Shown piece after piece: positions 22,535 to 35,511 of a DNA stretch of 41,372 nt. Positions within the stretch are counted from its first letter, which is position 1; every line of letters begins with the position of its first letter. The stretch is from Chiloscyllium plagiosum. Taxonomy: Eukaryota. The notes below the pieces were generated by a model that saw only the letters and a program-made list of their open reading frames with translations, did no database searches and was not told the DNA's origin. The stretch is from assembly GCF_004010195.1 (NCBI RefSeq), contig NC_057718.1:3888306-3929677 (forward strand), written 5' to 3'. The position numbers and the translations under genes were made by a program.

Positions 22535-23490
22535 TGCAAACACAATGTGCCCAATGACTTCCTTCTTCATCAGACCATTCCTGTGATTTTCGGAACAGTG
22601 AGATTCCACTCTGTGCAGCAAATGTTGCTTCCACTTTTCTATTTCCAGGGCTCAGTTTGCAGCTGGTGTTTAGAAAAAACAACCTTATCTCAGCCGAATT
22701 GTCAAAACCACATTTCCTGCAGCTGGACTCTCTCTTCGTTCTGTAGATGGTGAAATCCCCAGTTTGTTCTACAGTATTGTCTGTCCATTTTAACAGATGG
22801 GAAATGGTGGAAGCACAGGGGGACACTCTACACTCTCAGTGAGTGTGAGGGGGCAGCTTGAGAATTGAAAATTAATGTGAGTGTCAGCATGGGTCCATTG
22901 GTGAAACTCACTCTGAATCACAAAGCTGTAAATGCACTAACTTTGGAAAAATAAGAGGTTGTCTTTCAATCCACCCCAATGAGACCCACAGACTAATCCA
23001 ATCCACCCCAAATACACACCTTAATGTGCAGCCTGTCCCTCAATCCCATTCTCCCCATAAATGAATGACAGAAAAGGATGGGAGGAACGCTCCATTTTCT
23101 GGTCTGTGTTCCCAGCCTGTGGAGCTCTGTGTCAGCTGCATGAAACAATCCCCAGACAGTGACAAATTCTCCTTGTGACTCTCCCCTCCAGTTCTCAATG
23201 TTCAAACTTATAGAATTCTCACAAACTCCACAGCAGCACAAACCATAGAAAGGTCATCATAACAAGTTAAATTTCTCCAAAGCAAACACTTACCCAAAGC
23301 AACACAGAGGGACAGGGTCACAGAAAATAGAGTTCCACTGATCATCTCAACAGACCAGCCACCCTGTGTATCCACAGAGTTTTTTGTACATCCAGTTAAT
23401 ATATCAAAATACAAAATGTCCCAGCCAACTGCAGCTTCTTTAATCTCTCATTTCTCAGAAGTTAAAGAAATTAAACTGTCAAGAGGAAGC
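22535..23490 (-). repeat. Inverted segmental duplication, left copy (promoter/leader/intron 1)
   Basis: Its reverse complement aligns by eye to 36750-37900 in two blocks: about 22865-23490 with 36750-37355, and about 22535-22700 with 37740-37900. Confidence 0.85.
23294..23345 (-). CDS. Signal-peptide (leader) exon, copy A (MISGTLFSVTLSLCVAL-G), apparently orphaned
   Basis: ATG, 17 mostly hydrophobic codons, then G|gtaagt (phase 1), the layout typical of IgSF leader exons; conserved in the inverted paralog at 36888. Confidence 0.72.
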
Positions 23491-24149
23491 TCAGCACAGT
23501 TCTCTAGTTTCCGTTGGGAGACTGCAATTTGAACACATTCCTTATTCCATTTCTTGTGAGTTGCTTGCCTTCACATCATTTCAATTCAGATTTTATATTT
23601 TTGGTGTGAACACTAAGGTACATTCAGAAGGCTTTTGATAAGGTGAGCGGTGAGAAAAACGTAGAGATGCTGCAGTGTGATTTGGACAGTCTGAGTGAGT
23701 GAGCAATGTTTCTATTTAACTTCTTTTTAACCCTTTGGTGAACAGACATTACTGAGTGGGCTTTCCATGAAGTGAATCTGATAATATTTGTTGTTGATTA
23801 TTTGTTGTCAGTAAATTTAACCTGAGAATTATACAGCAACGGTTACAATCACTGTAACAATTACAACGACAATGGATCCTAACACCAGATTATTTACAAA
23901 CACATTAAAGGTGTAATGACAAGATGTGCAAGTTAAAATTCCACATCACTGTGACTCTCTGGAAATCAAGCCCACTATTCCAGGAGTTGTCGCAGTGGGG
24001 AAAGATTTATTCAAACATTCCAAAGTCCCCAATTTGCCTGACCGTGAAACTCAGGGCAAACACAGACCGGGCTACTGAAGTGAACAAGATAAACTTAAAC
24101 TGATTACAAACTGCTTAATTTCACCTATGCAGAATGGAAACTTAGTTTT

Positions 24150-24475
24150 TAGATTACTTACATTGTGGAAACAGGCCCTTCAATCCAACAAGCCCACACC
24201 GACCCACCGAAGCACAACCCACCCAGACCCATTCCCTACATTTACCTAACACTACAGGCAATTTGGCATGGTCAATTCACCTAACCTGCACATTTTTGGA
24301 CTGTGGGAGGAAACCGGAGCACCCGGAGGAAACCCACGTAGACACGGGGAGAATATGCAAACTCCACACAGACAATCACCTGAGGCAGGAATTGAAACTG
24401 GGTCTCTGGCGCTGTGAGGCAGCAGTGCTAACCACTGTGCCACCATGCCGCCCACTGTGCCACCGTGCTGCCCAC
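24150..24475 (-). mobile_element. tRNA-derived SINE (HE1/V-SINE type)
   Basis: Close match to 11570-11895; its 5' end (ccactgtgccacc.tgc.gccc) is tandemly duplicated. Confidence 0.88.
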
Positions 24476-24689
24476 CAGTTTATAACTGGATTTACCATTT
24501 CTGAATTTCTCCTCTCTCATCTGAAGGCAGTCACATAAGACAGACCAGACCTGGCTATTAAGGGAAGAAAAGGAATGTAAACATCAGGGAAATACAGTTC
24601 AGTCACAGCAATGTGGACCAGGAATTCAATGAGTTGCTTGCCTTCTCATCATTTCAATTCAGATTTTAAATTTTTGCTGTGAGCACTAA

Positions 24690-26090
24690 GGTACATTCAG
24701 AAGGCTTTTGATAAGGAGCCATAGAAGAGATTAACATGAAAAATTAAAACCCATTGAGATTGGGATATTGCAATGAAATGGACTGAGAACTGATTAGCAA
24801 ACAGGTGACAAAGAATCAGAATAATTGGGTCAATTTCTGAGTGACAGGCTGCGATTAGTGGCGTACCACAGGGATCAGTATTTGGACTCTAAGCCTTCAC
24901 AATATAAATTTATCATTTAGAAAAGTGAACTGAATTTAATGTCTCCAAGTTTGCAGGTGACAGAAAGTTGAGTGGAGGGTGAGCTGTGAGAAAAACATAG
25001 AGATGCTGTAGTGTGATTTGGACAGTCTGAGTGAGTGGGTAAATGCATGACAGATAAAGTATAATGTGAAGAAGGATGACTGAAAGCAAAGAGTAGGAGT
25101 AAAAGTGTATCTCACATGAAGACCGACTATTCCTTGTGGTGTACTGCATGGCTCAGTTCAACAGCTAGAGAAATGGGTTGAATGTGGTGCCCAATTGGAA
25201 TGGTTCCAAACTTTCTGATGATATAAAAAGTAGGTAAGATTGGAAGCTGTGAGGAAGATGAAAGGAGGCATCAAGTGGCCAGGTTCAGTGAATGGGAAAG
25301 GACAAGGCAGATGGAATATAATGTGAATAGATGTAAAGATAGCGACTTCATCAAAAGAAACAGAAAGGCAGAATATTTTAAAATAGTGACAGTTTGGGAA
25401 TCGTTGGCATCCAAAGCAATCTGGGTTTCTGTGTTCAGGACTCACTAAAAGTCAGCGTGAGGCTGCAGCAGTCACTAAGGAAGGCAAATGTTGGTCTTCA
25501 CAACAAGGGAGTGGAGTCCAGGAGGGAGGATGTCTTGCTGCAGTTGAACAAAGTATTGGGGAGACCACAGCTGGATTGTGGACAGTTTGTCCCCAAATGT
25601 AAGGAAGCACAGACTTACCATCGAGGGAATTGTATGGAGGGTCAGCAGATTAATCCCTGGGATGGTGGGTTTGTTGGATGGGAGAGAGTGAGGAAGCTGG
25701 CCTGTATGCTCTCGGAGTTTGAAAAATCAGAGGTGATTAAATTGAAACTTTCAACGTGCTTCAAGGACACAACAGTGTGGATGTTGTGGCAATGTTTCCC
25801 TTGGCTGGTGAGTCAAGATCCATGGGGCATTATCACAAGAAAGTAAGCCGTCCAATTTAGACTGCGATAAGGAGGAATTTCTTTATCCAGAAGGTGGGAC
25901 TCTGTGGAATTCCCTATCCCAGAGATGTGGGACCTCAGTCATTGAGTATGTTCGAGAAAGGAACTGAAAGATTTTGAGAGACCAATGAATCGTGGATTTG
26001 GAGATAATGAAAGAAAGTGGCATTGAGGAAAATGACCAATCGTGATTGAATTGATGGGCTGAATGGCTTACTCCGATTCATATGTTCCTC
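24690..26090 (+). mobile_element. Old CR1-clade LINE fragments
   Basis: ttcagaaggcttttgataagg (FQKAFDK), gtaccacagggatcagta (VPQGSV), aagtttgcaggtgac (KFA.D) and the 3' tail. Confidence 0.75.
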
Positions 26091-27139
26091 TGACTTAGTT
26101 TCTTGGACTAAAGGAATGAATGAAGGTTATAAGAAGGGAAGTAACCAGGGCAGGGGTGAGAAAGGGTTTAGACAAAAACAAGAACATCAGAGATGAAAGT
26201 GGGAGTGTCATTGAGCAGAACAGGAGCTGCAGAGGGTTGTGGGAAATGATGACCAAAGACCTGAGAGCTGAGAGTTTGCAATTTCCTGGATATGTTGCTC
26301 ACACCTTAATGAGTTACACTGGAGCTCAATTTAAACTTTAATTGAAATGACTTTGTGATACAGATCAACCACAGTTCAGTTTGCCTTGATTTTAATTTCA
26401 ACTCCTATTAATTGTTCTGATCCCAGCTGATGTTGTTCCTGGTCAAGTCTGATACAGAGTGAAGACTGTCGTGATTGATTTTATTTTCTTGTGCTTTATT
26501 TACTATGTTGGTCTTTCACTGAAATTAAAGCCCGGAATGCTTGGTGCTCTGATCTTTCATCCCAAAGGGACCATGTTGGATTTGTACTCACCCCATTAAC
26601 ATTTTTGAACACCTCCCACTGTTCTGCTGCAGACTCATCCTCAGCAAGCTGTTCCCAGTTTACTTTGGCCAGATCCGGCTTTATTTTTTTAAAACTCTGC
26701 CATAACCCTGTGATCAAGCAGCCATGAGCCCAAAATTAGACATTCTGAATTGACCCACTGTCGGAGAAATCAGACCTGACAGAAAAGTGGCCAAACTAAA
26801 TTAACGAGCAGCCAGCAGCTGTTGGCTTCAGAGGACAGCAGAAGCCAAGGTCAAACCAGTCACAAAGGTTCAAGAGGAACCCATTACAATCAGACCAAGA
26901 GCTGTGTATTAGAGGACTATCAATCAGACTCTCAGGCAACTTGACTGACTGAGTGTGTGGAGAAAGTGAGAACTTACTGAATGTGTGCACATTATACCTC
27001 CCAGCACTGCAACAGTGAAAGTGTTGACAAATCCCATTGGATGACTTAAACCCAGCTTATGACCTTTAATGGCCAAAGGCCACTAAAATGTTTGGAAGGT
27101 CAAGGCCAAGGGGGGGACAAAAGCACACGTCTTGACTCC

Positions 27140-27300
27140 ACCACCTCATGAGGACACACAGAAACTTCAGTGAGGACACAGAGAAACCTCAGTGATGATT
27201 CAGTGAAAACTCAGTAAGGATTCAATGATGCTTCATTGAAGACTCAGTGAAGACTCGCAGTGAAGATGCACAGCAAGACTCATGGCAGAAGATGATGAGG
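27140..27300. repeat. Degenerate tandem repeat (about 11-bp CTCAGTGAAGA unit)
   Basis: cttcagtgaggac / ctcagtgatgatt / cagtgaaaactcagtaaggatt / gaagactcagtgaagactc. Confidence 0.65.
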
Positions 27301-27529
27301 CAACCCAAGATGACCCAGGAGAAGATCTACCCTAACCTGTGAAACCAGTTTTGTGGAAGAGAGCCAGCAATATATCAGAGAGAAAGGATATTCCAATGGC
27401 CAAGATCAAACACATGGATCATTATGGGTAATATCCTTTCTCATATGGAGAGCTAAGTAAATGTTGGGTAATAGTTACATGGTGTTTTTAATAAGGAGCA
27501 TTGTGTGAATGAAATTGTGTTGAACCACA

Positions 27530-27695
27530 AACTGATTTCTGTATCCCCCTTGTCCGCTTCACCAACAAGAACATTTGGGTAAAGTGTTCTCAAAATAGAA
27601 ATAGGCCAAAGCATGGACAACACCTCAATCCAGACAACACTTTACCCAAATGCTCTTGTTGGTGAAGCGGACAAGAGGGATATAGAAAACAGTTG
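27530..27695. repeat. About 60-bp inverted repeat with about 47-nt spacer
   Basis: 27530-27588 (…cttgtccgcttcaccaacaagaacatttgggtaaagtgtt) pairs with 27636-~27695 (aacactttacccaaatgctcttgttggtgaagcggacaag…). Confidence 0.88.
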
Positions 27696-29219
27696 GTGAT
27701 TTCAGAACAACTGAAACCATTTGGTGTTGCGGTTCCTGGCATGACAATGCTCCCCCACTGTCACCTCAAACAGCTGTCCAGCTTTGTTCCACCAGATTAG
27801 GTCTGCACTGCATCCTCCCAGGTTGGACCTTTGACACATCAATATAAAAAGCTCTCCTGTATACATTTTAAGAAATATGTTTCTCTAAAACCTTTATACT
27901 ATTGTTATCCTAATTACTGTTGCAGCAGTTGAAATTCCCTGATATAATTATCCATTTATTACACACCTAGGTGAATTGAGGACATGTCGGCTCTTCTGTT
28001 GTCCACTGATTGTTGGGCATTGACAGTCCCAGTGTGTGACTGTTCTTCTACCCACAAATCCTCATTTGAAAACCATTCTAAGATATTGTCCCTCCTTACT
28101 GCAGTATTGGACTCCTGAAAATAACATAACGCCACCTACTCTTTGGCACCTTCCCCTTTCATGCCCAAAGATCCTATGCCCCAGAATATTGAGTTGCCAG
28201 TCCTGCCCCTCCCTCAACCATGCCCCTGTGTTTGCAATACCATGTGTCAATCCATGCCCTGAACCCATCTCTCTGACCCATCTTATTCTGAGCATAAACA
28301 TACAGGCCATCCAGCCTGCCTTCCTCCCTTAAAACCCAACATAGCTGAACTCGATCTGCCTTTATTCCTTCACTAAAGTAGGCTGTGTCCCTACATACTA
28401 TATCCCCTCCCTCTGGGAAACTACTTTAAATTCCTCCCAAAGCACAAGCAAACCCATCCACACAGGGGTGTTGGTCCCATTCTGGTTCAGCTTCAGAGTG
28501 TCACATCAATGGTTTCCTTATGCTTCAATGCTTCTACCAAGTTGTTCCACAGTATTAACAGACTGATCAAAAGATTGTCTTCTCAGACACAAGTATTTCT
28601 GATGCAGTGAATAAACCCACTTCCTCCGCCCTGCCCTAGCCTACTGAACCATAGAACAGGAGGTTATCAGCTGAAATAATGTCCTTCTGAGAGAGGTTTT
28701 CATTACAAGGTGGTTTGGAATACAACAATAAAGAAGCCCTTTCCAACTGAGCACTGTGTGTGTATGAGCTCATTGAATTATATCAAAGATGAGATCCGGA
28801 CAAAAGCCATTCAGCCCAATCAGTCGATGCTGGTGTTTGTGCAGCTTTTCACCATGTGACCATCTTCTGCAGATAAACATCAGCAGCATAACTGTCCACT
28901 CTTCCCTTTTATTTGCTTTCCCAATTTCCCCTCAAGTCAACCTGCGCTATTCATTTCAACCACTCCCTGGGATAATGAGTTCTACTTTCCACTTCCCGGC
29001 ATAATAAGTTACACTTTCTCAAGTCTCTCTTTGGAAAGAGGTTTCTTCACAATTCCCAATTGGATTTGTGACAAAGTTTTCACCTCTCACATCACCCTAA
29101 CTCACTGAGTACTCATGTGTTATCAACAATTGCCTTTCAATGAACAGCAACAGAAATGACAAATTGCGAAGGAAGAAAGGGAATGGGGGACCAAAAGACA
29201 GAGGAAGAATAGGAAGGCA

Positions 29220-30330
29220 GTGCAGGTGTCTCCTGCAGTCGACTCACTCCAAAACGGGTATACCAGTTTGGATACTGTTAGGGAGATGGCTCACCAGGGC
29301 AACGCAACAGTCGCCAGGTTCATGACACCGTGGCTGGCTCTGCTGTTCAGAAGGGCGGGAAAATGGAATGGCTATAGTCATAAAGGATTCAATTGTAAGG
29401 GGAGTAGATAGGCAGCTCTGTAGTCAAAAACAAGATTCCTGAATGATATGTTGTCTCCCAGGTGCACGGGTCACGGATGTCTCGAATCGGCTACAGAGCA
29501 TTCTCAAGAGGGAGAGTGAACAGCCAATTGTTGTGGTGCATATAGGCACAAACAATATAGGGTGAGGTCCTACAAGCAGAATTTAGGGAGTTTGTAAACA
29601 AGTTAAAAAAGTAGGACCTCAGAAGTAGTAATCTCAGGATTGCTACCAGTGCTAGGTGTTAGTCAGAGTAGGAATGATAGAATAAGCAGGATGAATGTGT
29701 AGCTTGAGAGATGGGTTCAGGAGGGAGGGGTCCAAATTTTTGAGACATTGAGATCAGTTCTGGGGGAGGTGGTTCTATTACAAATTGAATGGTCTCCATC
29801 TGGGCCGGAGTGGAACCAATGTCCTTGGAGGCACTTTTGCTAACGCTGTTGGAGGGCATTTCAATTGATGTGGCAGAAGGATGGGAACCAAATAAGGTTC
29901 GAGTACAGTAAGGAAGGAGTGACTATTGCCTGTAAGGAACTAGATAACGAAGTCCCCGTGACTAAGGGGAAGAGTCGGCAGGGAGCAGATGATGAATGCA
30001 AAGGAACTGGTGGTCTGAGGTGCATTTGTTTTAATGCAAGAAGGGTAGTAGGTAAGGCAGATGAATTTGGGCATGGATTAGTATCTGGACATATGATCTT
30101 ATTGCTATTACTGAGACTTGCTTGAAGGAAGGGCATGTTCAGCAATGCAATATCCCAGGATATCGATGTTTCAGGTGGGATGGAGAGGGAGGTTAAAGAG
30201 TTGGAAGCGTTGCATTACAGGTCAAAGAAAATATCAAAGCTGTGCTGAAGGAGAGCACTATGGAAGACTCAAGCAGTGAGGCATTATGGGTAGAGCTCAG
30301 AAATAAAAAGGGTGCAGTAACAATGTTAGG
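29220..30330 (+). mobile_element. CR1 LINE 5' part: ORF1 SGNH-esterase remnant and start of ORF2 APE endonuclease
   Basis: AIVIKDSIVRGVDR...CLPGARVTDV...QPIVVVHIGTNNI; LRCICFNAR...; EALWVELRNKKG. Contains stops. Confidence 0.85.
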
Positions 30331-30666
30331 TCTGCTCCTGGGAGCAGATGCATATTCCCAATTCCTTCAGCTCTGCCGCATCTGCTCCCAGGAGGACCAG
30401 TTCCAATACCAAACAACCCAGATGGCCTCCTTCTTCAAAGACCGCAATTTCCCCCCAGACGTGAGCGACGATGCTCTCCACCGCATCTCCTCCACTCCCC
30501 GCTTCTCTGCCCTTGAGCCCTGCCCCTCCAATCACCACCAGGACAGAACCCCACTGGTCCTCACCTACCACCCCACCAACCTTCATATACACCGTATCAT
30601 CCGTCGTCATTTCCGCCACCTCCAAACGGACCCCACCACCAGGGATATATTTCCCTCCCCTCCCCT

Positions 30667-30950
30667 NNNNNNNNNNNNNNNNNNNNNNNNNNNNNNNNNN
30701 NNNNNNNNNNNNNNNNNNNNNNNNNNNNNNNNNNNNNNNNNNNNNNNNNNNNNNNNNNNNNNNNNNNNNNNNNNNNNNNNNNNNNNNNNNNNNNNNNNNN
30801 NNNNNNNNNNNNNNNNNNNNNNNNNNNNNNNNNNNNNNNNNNNNNNNNNNNNNNNNNNNNNNNNNNNNNNNNNNNNNNNNNNNNNNNNNNNNNNNNNNNN
30901 NNNNNNNNNNNNNNNNNNNNNNNNNNNNNNNNNNNNNNNNNNNNNNNNNN
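30667..30950. other. Assembly gap (284 N)
   Basis: Run of N inside a Penelope element. Confidence 0.99.
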
Positions 30951-31117
30951 AGCACCACCTTCCTAACCTGCAATTTTCTTCCTGACCTCTCCAACCCCAC
31001 CCCCACTCCGGCCTATCACCCCCACTTTAGCCTCCTTCCACCTATTGCATTCCCACGCCCCTCCCCCAAGTCCCTCCTCCCTACCTTTTATCTTAGTCTG
31101 CTGGACACACTTTCCTC

Positions 31118-31153
31118 ATTTCTGAAGATGGGCTCATGCCCGAAACGTCGATT
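31118..31153 (+). ncRNA. Minimal hammerhead ribozyme motif in Penelope pLTR
   Basis: ATTT-CTGAAGA-T-GGGC-TCAT-GCCC-GAAA-CGTC-GATT. Confidence 0.7.
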
Positions 31154-31439
31154 CTCCTGTTCCTTGGATGCTGCCTGGCCTGCTGCGCTTTTCCAGCAAC
31201 ACATTTTCAGCTCTAAATTGAGGGAAGGCCAACTATAGCAAAGTTCGGCAGGAGCTGGGGAATATAGATTGTGAGCAGCTGTTTGAAGATAAATGCACAT
31301 TCGATATGTGAGAGGGTTTCAAAGAGATGTTGATTACAGTTCAGGAGCGGTAAATTCCTGAGAAAATGAGGGATTGAAATGGCAAAATTCAGGAACCATG
31401 GATGACAGGTGAAACTGTGAGACTAGCTAAGAGGAAAAA

Positions 31440-32185
31440 GGATCTGGATCTAGGTTTGCTCACTGAGCTGGAGAGATTCATTTTCGGATGTTTCACCATC
31501 ATCCAAGATAACATCTTCAATGAGCCTCCGGACGAAGCACTACTGATGTTTCCTGCTTTCTATTTATATGTTTGGGTTTCTTTGAGTTTGTGATGTCATT
31601 TCCTGTGGTGATGTCATTTCCTATAGTAATGTCACTTCCTGTTCTTTTTCTCAGGGGTTGGTAACTGGGTCCAAGTCAATGTGTTTGTTGATAGTGTTCT
31701 GGTTGGAATGCCATGCTTCTAGGAATTCTCGTGTGTGTCTCTGTTTGGCTAATCCCAGGATGGATGTGTTGTCCCAGTCGAATCCAATGCAAACTTTTGG
31801 TCTGCTACATGAATGATACCTTTGTCATCACTAAATGAAACAAAATTAGAGGAAACCTTCAAGACCATCAATAATACCCTTACTGGCATAAAATTCACCA
31901 AAGTAGAGAAAAACAACAACAAACTGCCATTCCTAGATGTCACAGCAAAACGAACAGCCAATGGGGATCTTCAAATCAGCATCTACAGGAAAACAACATA
32001 TACAGAACAAATACTGAACTGCAGAAGCAAACACCCCAACATCCACAAATGAAGCTGCATCAGAACATTATTTCAAAGAGCCACCACACATTGCAGCACA
32101 GAGGAACTACGCAGAGCAAAGGAAAATCATCTATACAGTGTATTAAAAAAAAATGGGTACACAATGAACATAGTCCGCCGATTTA
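31440..32185. mobile_element. Second-family Penelope-like fragment: inverted 3' end (about 31440-31780) joined to a + strand RT piece (about 31790-32185)
   Basis: + strand LEETFKTINNTLTGIKFTKVEKNNNKLPFLDVT...SIYRKTT...HPNIHK is a PLE RT C-terminal segment; the preceding part reads as a PLE tail in reverse orientation. Confidence 0.7.
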
Positions 32186-32189
32186 GCAT

Positions 32190-34600
32190 TAAAGGTCTAG
32201 ATGGTGTAGAATTTGTAAAGAGCATCCAGGAGGGTTTTCTAGAGCAGTATGTCAATAGTCCAACTCAAGAAGGGACCTCCTGGATCTGGTGTTGGGAAAT
32301 GAGCCCAGCCAGGTGGTTGATGTTTCAGTAGGGAATACTGATCACAATTCCATAAGTTTGAGAATGCTCATGGACAAAGAAGAGAGAGGCCTGAAAGGAA
32401 GAGTGGTAAATTGAGGGAAGGCCAACTATAGCAAAATTTGGCAGGAGCTGGAGAATGTAGATTGTGAGCAACTGTTTGAAGGCAAGTCCACATTCGATAT
32501 GTGGGAGGCTTTTAAAGAGAGGTTGATTCGAGTTCAGGCGAAGTATATTCCTGTGAAAGTGAGGGATCGAATTGGCAAGATTGGGGAAACATGAATGACA
32601 GGTGAAATTGTGAGACTAGCTAAGAGGAAAAATGATGTGTACATAAGGTCTAGGCTACTGAAGACAGACAAAGCTTTGGAAGAATATCAGGAATGTAGGG
32701 CCAATCTGAAATGAAGAATTAAAAGGACTAAAAGGGGTCATGAGATATCTTTAGCAAACAGGGCTAAGGAAAATCCTGAAGCCTTTTTTCCAAAGATAAG
32801 AAGCAGAAGGATAACCAGAAAAAGGGTTGGCCCACTCAAGGACAAAGGAGGAAAATTATGCATGGAATCAGAAAAACTGGATGAGATTCTTAATGAGTAA
32901 TTTGCATTGGTATTTACTGAGGAGAGGGACATAACAGATATTGAGGTTAGGGATAGATCTTTGAGTACTCTAGGTCAAGTCGGCATAAGGAGGCAGGAAG
33001 TTTTGGGTATTCTAAAAGGCATTAAGGTAGACAAGTCCCCAGGTCCAGATGGGATCTACCCCAGTTTACTGAGTGAGGCAAGAGAGGAAATAGCTGGGGC
33101 TTTAACAGATATCTTTGCAGCATTCTTGAACACGGGTGAAGTCCCTGAGGACTGGAGAATTTCTAATGTTGTTCCCTTGCTTAAGAAGGTAGCGGGGATA
33201 TTCCAGGTAATTATAGACCAATGAGCCTGACGTCAGTGGTAGTGGAACTGCTGAAGAAGATATTGAGGGATAGGATCTATTTCCATTTGAAAGGAACTGG
33301 GCTTATCAGTAATGGGCAGCATGGTTTTGGCAGGGAAGGTTATGTCTTACAAACCTAATAGAATTATTTGAGGAGGTGACAAAGTTGATTGATGGGGGAA
33401 GGGCTGTAGATGTCATAAACATGGACTTTAGTAAGGCACTTGATAAGGTTCCCCATGGTAGGCTGATGGAGAAGGTGAAGTCGCATAGGGCCCAGGGTGT
33501 TCCAGCTTGATGAATAGAGAACAGACAGGGCAACAGGAGACAGAGAGTGGTAATGGAAGGGAGTTTCTTAAAATGGAGACCTGTGACCAGTGGTGTTCCA
33601 CAGGAATCTGTGCTGGGACCAGCATTGTTTGTGATGTATATAAATGCATTGGAGAAAGGTATCGTTTGCCTGAATAGCAAGTTTGCAGATTACACCAAGA
33701 TTGGTGGAGTAGCAGATAGTGAAAGGGACTGTCAGAGAATACAGCAGAATATAGATAGATTGGAGAGATGGGCAGAGTAATGGCAGATGGAGTTCAATCC
33801 AGGCAAATGCAAGGTGATGCATTTCAAAAGATCCAATTCAAGAGCGAACTAACACAGTAAATGGAAAAGCCCTGGGGAAAATTGAAATACAGAGAGATCT
33901 GGGTGTTCAGGTCCATTGTTCCCTGAAGGTGGAAACACAGGTCAGTAAAGTGGTCAACAAGGCATATGGCATGCTTTCCTTCATTGACGGGGTATTGAGT
34001 ACAAGAGTTGGCAGGTAATGTTACAGTTGTATAGGGCTTTGGTTCTGCCACATTTGGAATACTGCATGAAGCTCTGGTTGCCACATTACCAAAAGGATGT
34101 GGATGCTTTGGAGAGGGTGCAAAGGAGGTTCACTAGGTTGTTGCCTGGTATGGAGGGTGCTAACTATGAAGAGAGGTTGAATAGATTAGGATTATTTTCA
34201 TTAGCAAGATGGATTTTGAGGGGGACCTGATTGAGGTCTCCAAAATCATGAGAGATATAGACCGGGTGGATAGCAAGAAGCTTTTTCCCAAAGTACGGAA
34301 CCCAATTACTACGGGTCATGAGTTCAAAGTGAGAGGGAAAAGGTTTAAGGGAGATATGCATGGAAAGTTCTTTACATGGAGGGTGGTGGGAGCCTGGAAA
34401 GTGTTGCCAACGGAAGTGGTAGAGGCAGGAACGATAGCGTTATTTAAGATAAATCTGGACAGATACATGAATGGGCACTGAGCAAAGGGATACAGATCTT
34501 TCAAAAATAAGCAGCAGGTTTAGATAGAGGATCTGGATCAGCACAGGCTTAGATGGCCGAAGGGCCTGTTCCTGTGCTTTAATTTTCTTTGTTCTTTGTT
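32190..34600 (+). mobile_element. CR1 LINE ORF2 (endonuclease end, RT) and 3' tail, degenerate
   Basis: KSPGPDGIYP, MDFSKALDKVPH, SGVPQESVLGP, SKFADYTK, LERVQRRFTR; (TCTTTGT)n tail. Confidence 0.93.
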
Positions 34601-35511
34601 CGCTGTTCATTGAAGCCACTTGTTTGAGAGGAGCTGCTGCCCTTGAGACGTGTAACCAATGTCAGGGTCAGGGGGCTGTGGCATGCTGGCAGTGTCCCTA
34701 ACTGTAGACCACAAAGTCAGGGATCAAATCCCACCCTGTGGTACAGCACACTCCCACAGGTTGCTGAGAAATAATTTAATGGAGAACATAAAGAACAGTA
34801 CAGCACAGGAACAGGCCCTTTGGCCCACCGCGTCTGTACTGACCATGGTGCCATTCTAAACATTTTCATCTGCCTGAACATGCTCCATACCCCTCTATTC
34901 CCTGCCTGTGTTTATGTCTGTCTATATGCCTCTTAAATGTTGTTATTGTATCTATTTCAACCATTTCCCCTGGTAGCTTGTTCCAGACATCTACCACCCT
35001 CTGTGTAAAAACTCTGCCTCACACATCTCCTTTAGCATTCCCCCTCTCACCTTTAACCTATAACCCTCAGATTTCACATGTCCAACCTAGGAATGAGATT
35101 TCAACAATCCATTCTATCCCTGCCTCTCATAATTTTATAAACATCTGTCAGGTCGTCTCTCAACCTATAACACTTCAGTGAAAACAATCCAAATTTGTCC
35201 AGTGTTTCCTTATAGGCTAATTATTTCCAATCCAGTCAACCACAAAGATTTTCATGCAGTTTGCAAACTTTTCCAAATACATCAGTGATGCTGTTTCCCC
35301 TCGATGCACTTTGGTTGAGACATGCTTGACAAATTCTAATAAAGTAGTCAGACACGATTTCCCTTTCATGAAGTCATGCTGAGTCTTCTTGATAAAATTA
35401 CAATTTTCAAATGTTCTGCTATTACTTCCTTCATTAATAATTCCAACAGATTTCCAACTATAAATGCTCAGCTAACTGCACTTTAGGTATCTGCATTTTC
35501 CTCCCTCCCTT

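Larger units (their letters stand above)
30330..31212 (+). mobile_element. Penelope-like element nested in a CR1 LINE, spanning the gap
   Basis: YSQFLQLCRICSQEDQF...RTPLVLTYHPTNLHIHRIIRRHFRHLQTDPTTRDIFPSPP matches the PLE RT-endonuclease linker; a pLTR with hammerhead follows the gap. Confidence 0.85.

Noticed and set aside
30242-31238. ORFs of 226-255 aa
   Set aside because: Inflated by the N gap and fusing CR1 with Penelope sequence.
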